A stretch of DNA of 64,000 nucleotides from Negaprion brevirostris (taxonomy: Eukaryota), in assembly GCA_030324005.1 (NCBI GenBank), contig JARDVH010000110.1, positions 31,928,740 through 31,992,739 of the forward strand, read 5' to 3'. A program made the position numbers and the translations under genes. Below the pieces are notes generated by a model, which searched no databases, was not told the origin of the DNA, and saw only the letters and a program-made list of their open reading frames with translations. Shown here in pieces: positions 12,598 to 23,936 of this stretch. Numbering within the stretch: position 1 is the first letter of the stretch; the number at the start of each line of letters is the position of its first letter.

Positions 12598-14419
12598 GTA
12601 GTTATGTGTGCATCTATGCAAGTAATATCTTTTGTATAAAATAAATATAAGGGACATTGTGGTCCTTTTTCTAAATTAATTTCTGCTGTTTAGTAATCTT
12701 ATTAGTTTTTAAATCCCAGAGTTTTCTGAACCTCTCTAACAGTACACTCCGCTAAAGGAAATAAAAGAAAAGGGAGTAACTTAAGCGAAAGTCATGAAGG
12801 GCAGCTCAGCCATGCGGAATACTCCACTTGTGCAATGTGGGAAATCAGGGTCACTNNNNNNNNNNNNNNNNNNNNNNNNNNNNNNNNNNNNNNNNNNNNN
12901 NNNNNNNNNNNNNNNNNNNNNNNNNNNNNNNNNNNNNNNNNNNNNNNNNNNNNNNACTTCCACTGCGGGAAGTGTCTCCAGCTGCAGCTACTTAGAATCA
13001 ACATTTCGGAACTGGAGATGCGACTGGAGTCTCTGTGGAGCATCCACAAGGATGAGAACTTTGTGGGCAGTGTGTACATGAGGTGGTCATATTGCAGGTA
13101 AAGAGTGCACAGGCAGAACAGGAATGGGTGACTGCTAGACAGAGTAATAACACTGAGCAAGTGGTGCAGGAGTCCCCTGGGTCCATCCGCTCCTTGAACA
13201 GATTTTTGTTTTGTTTTGGATACTGTCTGGATAGTAGGTTTCTCAGGGGAATACAGGCAGAGCCAGATCCATGCTTAGCTGCACATGGCAGGTAGAGGGG
13301 AAGAGGGGGGATGGAAGAGGACACAGTCTGAGAGTAATAGTGTTTGGATATTCTATTGTAAAGGGAATCAGATAGACGTTTTTGTGTCTGCAGACCTGAT
13401 GTCAGGATGGCACATTGCCTCCCTAGTGCCAGAGTCGAGGGTGTTTCTGAGGGGTGGCGGATCATTCTGAAGATGGGCGGGAGGGTGATGAACAGTTAGA
13501 ATTTGTGGTCCATATTGGTGCCAGCAATGCAGGTAAGAAGAGGGATGAGGTCCTGAAATCTGAATATAAGGAACTAGGCAATACATTAAAAAGCAGAACC
13601 TCAAAGGTAGTAGAAGGATTACTCTCAATGCCATGTACCAGTGAAAGCAGGAATCGGAGAATAGACCAGATGAATGCATGCCTGGAGAGATGATGTAGGA
13701 GGGAGGGATTTAGATTACTGAGGCATTGAGATGAATTCTGGGGAAGGTGGGACTGTACAAACTGGACAGGCTGCATTCCAGCAGGACTAGGCCTGATATT
13801 CTTGCAGGGGTATTCATTAGTACTATTGGAGGAGGGTTCAAATTAGAGTGACAGGGGAATGGGAGCCCAAGCAGGAAGACATAAGTGAGGGAAACAGAAA
13901 TAAAAATGAAAGATACAAAAGTGGGAGGCAGATGAAACAAAGGCTTACAGCAAATAGGACTATAGTACACAAAATGGGTAAAAATGTTAAAAAGAGAAGT
14001 CTAAAGGCACTTATAAAAAGAAAAAAGATTAGTTAAGATAAATTTTAGATCCTTACAGTCCAAAATGGGAGAATTTATAATTGAGAACAAGGAAATGGCA
14101 GAGCAAGTAAATAATTACTTTAGTTCTGCCTTCCCAGAAATACTAAGGAATCAAGGGACTAGTGAGAAGGAAAAATCTGAAGAAATTACTATTATTAGAA
14201 AAGGTAGAGTTGAAGAAGTTAATGGAATTGAAATCTGATGAATCTCCAGGCCTGATAATGTACACCTAAAGGAGGTGGCCATGGAAATAATGTACATTGT
14301 TAGCTGTCACCTTCCCAAATTCTGTAATTTTCTATAAAATTCTGTAATCTAGATTCTGGAACAGTTTTGGCAGTTTGGAGGGTGGCAAATATAACCCTGC
14401 TATTTAAAAATGGAGGGAG

Positions 14420-14730
14420 CCCTGATGACACTGGAAATCTGCGTTCCAGAGATGTAGGGAGCCCACTAAATAATCTCGCTGATGTTTCCTAGCCCATTGC
14501 ACTGCTAGATCATGGTCGTTGAACAGGTAAGTGCTGCTTGATAAGTCTGTTGATAACACACCTTCCACTTTACTGATGATGGGACTGGACTGATGCATTG
14601 ACCAAATTGGGTTTGTCCCACTTTTTGTGGATGCCCCATATCTATTATTTTCCACATTGTCAGCTAGATACAATAGCAGCAACCATGGGAAAGGATTGAT
14701 CTTAGTTCCAGACAATATGGAACACAAGTG
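14420..14730 (-). mobile_element. CR1/L2-group LINE RT fragment
   Basis: QSSPIISKVEGVLS resembles the 'PISLLSIISKVMEGVI' RT motif. Heavily decayed. Confidence 0.5.
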
Positions 14731-15047
14731 GATGGAATCAGAAGGTTTGCAGTCTAGTTTGATCAGAATAATGCATTTCTCTAATTACATTGTCTCAGTT
14801 AACATCAGGTATGAAGATACTTTGGTTCTGTGGTATTATTTGTAATTAGGAACTAACTTCAATTGAATTATTTAATTTAGGATTCCTCTTTGAAATGAAT
14901 CTAGAGATGAGAATTCAGGGGAAGAAGTTCTTCCATGCTTCAGCTTAAGACATATTTATACATAATCTGCTGCTGATCTTTTGTTGTGGCAGTTTTTATC
15001 TTTCATCAACTCAGAAAATATTGTCAAGATATTTAATTATAAACAAA

Positions 15048-15757
15048 GGTAGAAATTTACCATTCCCCAGTAGCTGGTTTGTAGGTGGGGGCAGTTGTAA
15101 AATCTTTTGAATGGCCTTCCCAATGGGCTCACGCCCCCGACCTCACCATAATCCTAGGCTAGCCCACATGCCCTTGTCCAGCGAGGCCTTTAAAAAAAGG
15201 CCAATAATTGACCATTGAATGGCTATTTCCTGCCCAGACTCAATTTTGAGGCTGGTGGGGGGAGTGCTGGGGCAGGAAGGGAGGGGGACGTCTCAGATCC
15301 TCTCTCCCCTCAGTCTCTCCTCCTCTTTGCTGGCCCTGCTAGGGCTCCCTTCGCCACCCACACTGAGACCCTTCAAAAGATACCTGGTCCTGGACTCCTG
15401 TATNNNNNNNNNNNNNNNNNNNNNNNNNNNNNNNNNNNNNNNNNNNNNNNNNNNNNNNNNNNNNNNNNNNNNNNNNNNNNNNNNNNNNNNNNNNNNNNNN
15501 NNNCTCCTGTATAATCTAGGCTATGAAGATTGCTGGTAGGCCCAGCCCTGTCCACTGCAGCTTCTGGTGCTGCAGATGATTGTCTGGCAGCTCTCTTGAG
15601 TTGGGACTTCCACCATGGTGAAGGACAGGCCCATCCCTAACCAACTAACAGTTGTTAAACTGTTGATGACTGTGGAGCAAACAGTATTGGTAGGGATGTG
15701 TTTTCTGTGACTCTGAATGGTGGGAAGGGAGAACCTGTCATCCAAAAAATTCTGGCC
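15048..15757. mobile_element. non-autonomous DNA transposon (Harbinger-like TIRs)
   Basis: Ends GGTAGAAATTTA / AAAATTCTGGCC resemble those of the element at 31407-32029. GC-rich interior. Confidence 0.45.
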
Positions 15758-16894
15758 GAGGTAAAAGTGACATTGAGAATCAATCATCTAAGAAGAGTTT
15801 GAACTACTGTTCTGTGAACTTCTGTGGAAAGAACATTAGGCAGAGTGAAAAATCAGTGATCAATTTGCTACGAGCTCACTTAGCATTGCTGCCATTGACT
15901 AATAATTATTGCCGCTCTGGACAGAATTGAATACCCCACACACAGTGAGATTGGTGTTGAGGGGGCTATTAATAATTTCAGAAGATGACGTGCGGAACCC
16001 ATTGCCTTTACACCACTGCCCTGACTAAGTCCCACACTCCTGCAGTCAATTAAGACTCTTAAGTGGACCGTTAATGTACACTTAAGGGCCTCATCCCATT
16101 ATCACTGCTGTTCACTCAATGGGAAGTGGGGAACCTGCTTTGGGGAAAACTAGAAAGCAAACCCAGTCGGAGTTGCTTGTGGGGACTTTGGGTGTTGTGG
16201 CGGGGGGGTAATATCCCTAGCTCAAGAAACCCCTCATGCAAAGGGGATTGGGGCTGCTGAAAGCTACCCCTTACTTTGCTGCCCTTCCCTTCCTGCTGAA
16301 CCCTATCTGCACTCCTCCCCTTTAACACCCACCTTGTAACCCACCATTCATCAGTGCCTATGCCAGTGGTGTAATGCTTCGGATGAGTATAGCACCACCT
16401 CTCCCGTGGCATTGCTGGTCAAGAAGCTTTGCTGGCTTATGTTTGGATGGCAGCTCTAAGCAGACAGGATTTATTTTCCAGGGATCATTGATCCTGGGGA
16501 AGACCTAACACTGCTCAGTTAATGCAGCAGACCTTCCCAAAAAGAAGCGACGTGGGGGTCTTGCTTGATCTCCATTTAATACTACTCAATATTTTCTCCC
16601 AGTATTCACCCCCTGCTGTTATCACATTATCACCATCTAGAATTTGTTTTAAAAGCCATCGTGAGGATTTCATTAGAATTTTGTTGCTCTTTTCAGTGGA
16701 GAGTCAGAATAGCCACAAATATTTCAGCAGTTGATAAATTAACAGATATATCTGGCAGCTGAAATGATTTATTTGCCAAGCTTACTAGTTTTGTGAGGTT
16801 AATTACTAGGGGTAATTTGCAGCTTGAGAAAGTGGTCACCAATCTATTGGTTTACATGTCTCTCTTGACCATTCAGCATACCACACATTATGAC

Positions 16895-17065
16895 CAATAA
16901 CATTCTAAAGAAGGAATTGCATTTATGTAGCACCATTGGTGATTATCCAAAGAGTTTTACAGTAATTAAAGTTCCTTTGAAGCTATTGTGTAGCAGACAC
17001 GGCAGCCAATTTCTGCGCAGGATACTCTCGCAAACATCGAGAAAATGTGAGAATAAGCAGATGAT
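16895..17065 (-). mobile_element. DeuSINE 3' fragment
   Basis: TTGCATTTATGTAGCACC...GGCAGCCAATTT is shared with the 52330-52760 copy. Confidence 0.55.
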
Positions 17066-17217
17066 CCGTATTTTGTAAAGTTGAATCAAGATCGCCTATT
17101 GTATTATCAGGATCAGTGGGCTTGATAACAAGTCTATTTGACCTTTAACTATCCATTCAAATATGGCAGATGGACTGCCGATTTAAGTGTCCACCTGTGC
17201 ACCCCCCTTTCCCCAAC

Positions 17218-17503
17218 TATCATAGAATCCCTACAGTGCAGAAGGAGGCCCATCAAGTCTGCAGTAACCACAATCCCACCCAAGGCCCTATTCCTGTAAC
17301 CTCACATATTTACTCTGCTAATCCCCCTGACACTAGGGTCAATTTTAGCATAGCCAATCAACCTAACCCACACACCTTTGGTCTATGGGAGGAAACCCAC
17401 ACAGACACAGGGAGAACATGCAAACTCCACATAGACAGTAACCCGAGGATGGAATTAAACTCAGGTCCCTGGCACTGTGAGGCAGCAATGCTAGCTACTG
17501 TGC
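17218..17503 (-). mobile_element. HE1-like V-SINE
   Basis: Aligns with 7199-7532 (CATAGAATCCCTACAGTGCAGAAGGAGGCC...). Confidence 0.85.
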
Positions 17504-17605
17504 GACGTGGGAGGGTGGGAACGTGGTGGAATGAGCGTCCTTCCTATTTTACATGCATCCATAACACCCCACCCTCCCATCCCCCCACATAACTGCGGGA
17601 AACTA

Positions 17606-17995
17606 GCCTAACACAGTAAGAAATTTCACCAACACCAGGTTGAAGTCCAACAGGTTTATTTGGTAGCAAATGCCACTGGCTTTCGGGGCTTTGCCCCTTC
17701 GTCAGGTGAGTGGGTTGGAACTCACTCAACTGTAAACTGAGTATGTGCCTTTATATGCCCTGTCTGATCACAAATAGGGCATGTAAAGGCACACACTCAG
17801 TTTACAAAATACTGATTAGAATGCGAGTCTTTACAGCTAATCAAGTCCTAAAGGTGCAGACAATGTGAGTAGAGATAGCATTAAGCATAGCTTAAAGAGG
17901 TGTTATTGTCTCCAGACAGGACAGTAAGTGAGATGTTGCAAGCCCAGGCAAGTCATGGTTACACATGGTGACATGAACCCAAGATACCGGTTGGA
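17606..17995 (-). mobile_element. Penelope-like element 3' end with hammerhead motif
   Basis: Minus-strand NRYLGFMS (~17990) resembles the PLE GIY-YIG C-terminal 'GLNRDLGFMSH'. It is followed by CTGACGA-stem-GAAA and AATAAA. Confidence 0.75.
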
Positions 17996-18424
17996 AACCC
18001 AAGTGGAAACTGGCCTGCCAGGGAGAGACAGATTTAAACCCTTGGCATGTGTTTGAGAAATTAGTGAGAAAGGAACTTATTTTTCTTTAAAATGTAATGA
18101 AATGAAATCATAAGGGAAGTTATAACCCACAACTCCAGCACCCACCCATCCCCCCAAAAATGGCTGGGTTGTGTGAGATGCAGAAATGTTAAAAATCTCA
18201 TTCCTGACAATAATTTGCCTCCAACTCCTTCATTCACAGTTCGAATGAAGATTGGATGGGGTGGGTGGGGTAGTTCATTGTTGATTTTGTCATTCTACCC
18301 ATTACACCGTGATTGGCAATCTCCCCAAACCAAAATCTTCCATCAGATTAATTTGTCCCATCTCCCCTCAATCTATCCTTCCTCCTGCGATGCAGACTCT
18401 CATCTACCCCAAACCTACCTTGTA

Positions 18425-18585
18425 GGGGAGGCATTGGCATCGAGGTATTATTGCTGGACAAGTAATCTAGAGAACCAGAGTATTGTTCTAGGAACCGGGG
18501 TTCAAATCCCACCATGGCAGATGGTGAAATTTAGATTCAATAAAAATTAAGGATTAAAAGTCTAATTTGGTTTGATTTATTATTA
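18425..18585 (+). mobile_element. tRNA-derived SINE (second family), 5' part
   Basis: GGGGAGGC...GGTTCAAATCCCACCATGGCAG, homologous to 19648 and 49362. Confidence 0.7.
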
Positions 18586-19100
18586 GGGCAGCATGGTGGC
18601 ATAGTGGTTAGCATTGCTGCCTCACAGCACCAGGGACCAAGGTTCAATTCTGGCCTCAGGTGACTGTGTATGGAGTTTGCACATTCTTCCTGGATCTGTG
18701 TGGGCTTCCTTTGCTCCAGTTTCCTCCCATGATCCAAAGATAAGCAGGTTAGGTTGATTAGCCATGCTAAATTGCCCCATAGTACTAGCAAGATAAATAG
18801 GTTGGGTTATGGGGAATAGGATCTGGGTGAGATTAAAAGCAGAAAATGCTGGAAACTTTCATCAGGTCTGACAGCATCTATGGAGTGTCGACAAAGGGTT
18901 ACTCATGCTCAAAATATTGGCTCTATTCTCTCCACAGGTGCTGTCAGACCTGCTGAGATTTTCCAGCATTTTGGGTTTTTGTTTCACAATCCAGCATCCA
19001 CAGTATTTTGCTTTGACTAGGGTAGGACTGTTGTCAGTGCAGGCTTGATGGGCCGAATGGCCTCCTTCTGCACAGTAGTGATTCTACTCTGATTCTATTC
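18586..19100 (+). mobile_element. HE1-like V-SINE interrupted by a Penelope-like fold-back insert (~18835-19015)
   Basis: Head and V-domain at 18586-18833; the tail resumes at ~19020 and ends in GATTCTA repeats. Confidence 0.8.
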
Positions 19101-19647
19101 CACTCCACCCTTCTGATCACCATGACTCTCAGCCTTCACCTCACCTCCTCGACAGCTTAATTCTCCTTGCTGATCTCGGATTCTCTCCCCACCCCCACTC
19201 CAGTTGCTTCAATCCCTCCTTTCTGCCCTTGGCTGATGTCTGGAGCCAAAGATCGACACAGTATTTCGATCTGAATGACTGGGCAATGGTAAATTTGGCA
19301 GGATCTGAGGAAAGCCTCATTCTGGTCCTGGTCCTTCCTCAGGACTCCCCCGTCCCACATTCTCCTCTTCTCCAAATAATTGCTAATGTTGAACCCAATC
19401 TTTTTATAGAGCTGGAGCAAAGTAGAATTTCTGTTCATTAATTGTTCCATGTGGGAATATCTGAATACAAACCATCCAAAGCAGAATTGGTGAAATTTAA
19501 TGTAAACAGACCCATCAGCAGGGAATCAGGTTGCAGGTTGAGAACACATTTATTCAATCAGCAAACTTTGCCCTGGATCTCCATCTGAGACACAGCAATA
19601 TCATCCTGCTTCCAAGTTTTCCCACCAGTCATCGTGGGTGGGTGGGA

Positions 19648-20002
19648 TGAGGCGATGGCCTCGTGGTTATCACTAAATGTTCATCCAGAAAACTCAGCTA
19701 ACGTTCTGGGGACGAGGATTCAAATCCCGCCATAGCATCTGGTGGTATTTGAATTTAATTTAAAAAATCTGGAATTAAAAATCTACTGAAGACCATGAAA
19801 CCACTGTCGGAGAAATTCATCTGGTTCACTAATGTGCTTTAGGGAAGGAAATCTGCAGTCCTTACCTAGTCTAGCCTATATGTGACTCCAGGGCCACAGC
19901 AACGTGGTTGACCCTTAACTGCCCTCTGAAATGGGTATCGCTGGGATGGCTAGCATTTATTGCCCATCCCTAACTGCCCATGTCCCACAAATGAATAAAA
20001 CA
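19648..20002 (+). mobile_element. tRNA-derived SINE (second family) with CR1-like tail
   Basis: Full-length homology to 47685-48050 and 49362-49700. Its tail matches the LINE 3' end at 63500. Confidence 0.8.
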
Positions 20003-21929
20003 AAAGGCACTGAGTCTGTCAAAGGAAGGATTTCTAGTAAAAGCAGCTTCAGTATGGGGACCAGAGTGGCTAAACTCTTCATTGGTATAACAACCAAAGG
20101 AATGGGGTGGCAACCTGCAAAGAACCTAGCCTTATCCCTCGCACATAGGGCCTCGTATTCTGAAACATTCCCTTTAATTCTTGTCAACATGTTTCAGTTA
20201 TAATAACGATTTTGAAATTGAAACTAAACTGTATTTAGAGTTAACAATGCAAAACATTCACCAATGTTGTCGACTCCAAGNNNNNNNNNNNNNNCTCCAA
20301 GCATGTGTTATTGTGTTAAAACGTTTGATAGTTAAGTCAGATTAGCTGGATATATAAAACCCCCCAGAACTGAATGGTTAACCTCAGTAATTGAAGCTTT
20401 AGTGATGGTGGGTGTGGAAAGTAGAAATATTCGTACTAATGCATTTCCTTCCCTTGCATGCTGGATTCATATAAATAAGTAAATGTCTGTTTGGAATGTG
20501 TGAAATTATCTGTGTCCGAGTTTTTATCTTGAAGGTTGAGACGTATATTTAAAAGCTGTGGTTGAAAATATCTTTCCAACAATACTTGAAGTTTCTGTTT
20601 AAATACATTTGTTTAAATTGGGACGTTTTAACAAAAACCTCCCAGCAAGCTTAAATAATGGTGTAGTTATTCCAGATTTGTCATTTTGAAACATTTTGTT
20701 TTCCTGGTTATTTTGAGTTCCAAGATTTGCATAAATAGAAGAAATACAGCTGGTATAACCACTTAAAACAAATTACTAAACGTGCAGACTTCCCACTCGC
20801 TGCTTTTCTCCTAGGCATTTTTGTTTTCAGTTCCCTTGATGCATTCGAGGCCTCTCATTGCAGAAGGTACATTAGTAGATTGTATACGTTGCTTTTGTTT
20901 CCAGATATGTGTCTGAGAACCTTTACAATTTAAAAGCAAGTATTTTATACAAACAAACTAAATTCTGGTTATTTTCACAGATCCTAATAATGGTTTACTT
21001 GGGAAGTTGGGTGATGTGGATGGGAGGGGATTGATGGCTTCTTCCCAATCCCTTTCCATGAAAAGGGTTCTTGATATGTATGATGACATACTAGTAACCA
21101 ATTAGAAAAAAATGAATGTTGCTGGCACAAACCTCATAGAGAACCATTGCCTTCTATCTTATTGAATATTTCTAGTGATAGATTTGGGTAGTGTTGGAAC
21201 TCAAACATAAGCCTCTAACATAGGTACAAGCCTCCAATAGAAAACATTACAAAAGCATGCCTAATGTTCCTGCACAGATAACGTACATTATCTTCTTGAT
21301 TATTTTTGTGTTTATTACATTAGAAACATTAGTTTGCTAGTTTAATACAGAAGCCATGATAAAAGACATTAAGAATTTTAATTAATACTTGCAACAATTT
21401 TCCTTCCACCTTTGTAACAAACAAATAAGTTGAAATCTTGACATTCCATAAGTGGTGGGCACCCTGCCACCCAGGGGCAACATGTAGTTCATCAGGAATC
21501 AGGGTCCTGAGTGCAGCGCAAGACATTTTGTTGACTGTTGTCCATGTGCAGAATTGCCACATTTCTCGAGTTTCCATCTGCATAGTTTTTTTGCCCCATT
21601 GGTCTGACTGAAGTGATGCACATATTAAGTGAAGACATGTGAAATGAGGTGCATATTGATTGCGCACAACATTGACTGCGAGTGTTGTGCACTCCCTCTG
21701 CGTCCAATCAACCAAGTTATTTTTAACCAATTGTAGTTGGAATAGTTTATTAATATGAACAATTGACCTTTTTCTATAACGCGCTATGAAATATTCAGCA
21801 TGTATTAAACGTATTAATCTTATTCAACGGTCATAGTTAATGAACAAATCTGATTTCGCTCTTGTGGCCCACTGACATTAAGGAGGACTACTTATGCTTC
21901 CCAATCACTGATCTAGGATGCCCATCACT

Positions 21930-22790
21930 GTTCCACATTCTGTCCCCTGTCTCAGCTTACCTGCTGCTGGGTCCTGATCTATGCTTTTGTTAACTCTAGA
22001 CTTGGTGGTTCCAGTGTACTCCTTGATAAATTTTTATCTTCTACTCTCCATAAATGTCAGCTCATCTAAAACTCTGCTGCCCATACTAACTCTCACCATG
22101 TCCCATTTAGCCATTACCCTTGTGTTTGCTGACTACATTGGCTTCTGTTCCATTGACACCTCAATATTAAAACATTCATCTTCATTAATGGTAGCACAAT
22201 GGTTAGCACTGCTGCTTCACAGAGCCAGGGACCCTGGGTTCGATTCTCGGCTATGTCGGCGTGGAGTCTGCACATTTTCCTTGTGTCTGTGCGGGTTTTC
22301 TCTGGGTGGTCCGGTCTCTTCCTACATTCTGAAAGACACGCTGGTCAGGTGCATTGACCATGCTAAATTCTCCCTCCGTGTACCCAGTGCCGGACCGTGG
22401 CAACTAGAGGAATTTCACAGTAACCTCATTACAGTGTTAATGTAAGCCTTACTTGTGACTATTTTTCCAATTGTTTACTTTACTTTTAAAACCTTCATTG
22501 CCTGCCCCTTCCCTATCTCTGTAATCACCTCCAGCCCTACAATCCTTTGATTTACTTGTGCTTCTCCACTTCTGGCCTCATGCGATCCCAATTTTAATTG
22601 CTCCACGATTGGCTGCTATGCCTTTAACGGCTTAAGTGCCAGGCTTCAGTGTTCACTCCCTACGTCTCTCTGCCTCTTTCTTGCTTTCCTCCTCCTAATA
22701 TTCTCCAGAAAATTTACCACTCAGATCAAACTTTTAATCACCTGTCTTAATGTCTCTTTGCGTGGTATGGTGTCAATCTTTATTCAAGAT
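21930..22790 (+). mobile_element. decayed L2-type LINE 3' end, interrupted by a SINE
   Basis: SRLD-like (TCTAGACTTG) and HITPV-like (CATTACCCTTGTG) remnants, with an L2-style pyrimidine-rich 3' region. Confidence 0.55.
22188..22462 (+). mobile_element. V-SINE with alternative tail
   Basis: Same family as 7607-7885. Confidence 0.85.
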
Positions 22791-23659
22791 CTGACTCTGG
22801 AGATTAAAGAGGCAGGGAGGGGCCAGGCAATGGTGTGTTTTGAAAATGAAGATGAATATTTTAATATTGATGTGTTGATGGAACAGAAGCCAATGTGGGT
22901 CAGACGATTCACAACCTAAGATACAGAGTCCATGAACTTCAAATATGAGGAGTGTGACTATCAGTCATCCAATTAAGGACCCAGGAATATATGAGAACAC
23001 AGGTGATGGCTGAATGGACATGTTTTAAGTTAGGATAGGGAATGTTTTACTTTGTAAATAAAATTGTTGTCATTGTTTTATTGTTCCCATATATTTTTGG
23101 GTCCTTATTTAGATGATTGGTCACACTCCTCTCTCTTTTGCTCTGTATCTTAGGTTGTGAGGCTGTTTTTGTCATTCATGAAATAATCAAACCAAGTGTA
23201 TCATAGGTTTGCGTGAGTTTTACAATGTGAGACATGATGTATAATGGATAAATTGATTCAGTGATTAAGCAGTATATACTTTTAAAAAAACCAAGCCACC
23301 AAGTTATATAGCAAAGTATAATTTAAAATGGGGGCTGCATAAGTTGGTGTTCCTAACTGGCATTCACTGACTTGAAAAAGAATTGAATTAGAAATCTATA
23401 TCTGCAGATGAACAAAAAAGTAATGTGCTGATTCTTTAGATAAAAATAAGTTGGTGTTCTATGCACTTGACTAGATTGAAAATAATTTCAAACACTGAGT
23501 TCAGTAATTCATAATTGATGTTTATTTACAGGTAAAATTGAGGTTACATTATTCTGGGTATATTCTGCCACATATAATTCAAAAGAACTATTTTTTCCAC
23601 AGTAATTCAGAGGCTTCTATGCAATCCCTGGTTTGTTCATCTTCTTAAACAGCTGCCAA

Positions 23660-23745
23660 GCCTTGCCCCCAAGAACAGTATTTCCAGGAATCCCCTTATC
23701 AGTACAGAAGGGATTCCTGGGAAAACTGGACCCTGAGGAGAAGGT
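23660..23745 (-). ncRNA. mir145: pre-miR-145 hairpin
   Basis: Minus strand 23731->23709 reads GUCCAGUUUUCCCAGGAAUCCCU (miR-145-5p) and 23693->23672 reads GGAUUCCUGGAAAUACUGUUCU (miR-145-3p). The flanks pair into a lower stem, and CNNC (CAGC) lies at +17 after the 3p arm. Confidence 0.98.
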
Positions 23746-23831
23746 CAGTGGAAGATCGGAAGCGATGGAATGTGGAGAGACAAAACGTTCTCAAGAGAAA
23801 CATTCTGCTGCTTTATTTATACATTACTTAC

Positions 23832-23936
23832 AGAATAGAAAATCTGACAGCATTCCCTCTGACAATTTATTTTGGAAATATGTAAACAAAACCATCAAAA
23901 TGTTTAGTTGCTTGGTAGTCCAGAGCTTGAGTATTT
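23832..23936 (-). ncRNA. putative 105-nt non-coding host-gene exon just upstream of miR-145
   Basis: Acceptor GTGTTATCTTTTTACAG| ends at 23937 and donor |GTAAGT starts at 23831. Motif evidence only. Confidence 0.4.

Larger units (their letters stand above)
11190..14420 (+). mobile_element. CR1-type LINE relic: repeated 5' UTR units, ORF1 (Cys motif, coiled coil, SGNH esterase), internally deleted ORF2
   Basis: MWEIRVT...CGKCLQLQLL...SELEMRLESLWSI at 12835-13100. FVVHIGASNAGKKRDEVLKSEYKELG...SRTSKVV at 13454-13693 is CR1 ORF1 esterase-like. ORF2 remnants SPGPD/KEVAMEI/WRVANIT at ~14240-14420. Stops and frameshifts throughout. Confidence 0.85.

Noticed and set aside
18154-18163. CArG consensus CCAAAAATGG
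   Set aside because: Downstream of the cluster, in low-complexity C/A runs among repeats. Most likely chance.
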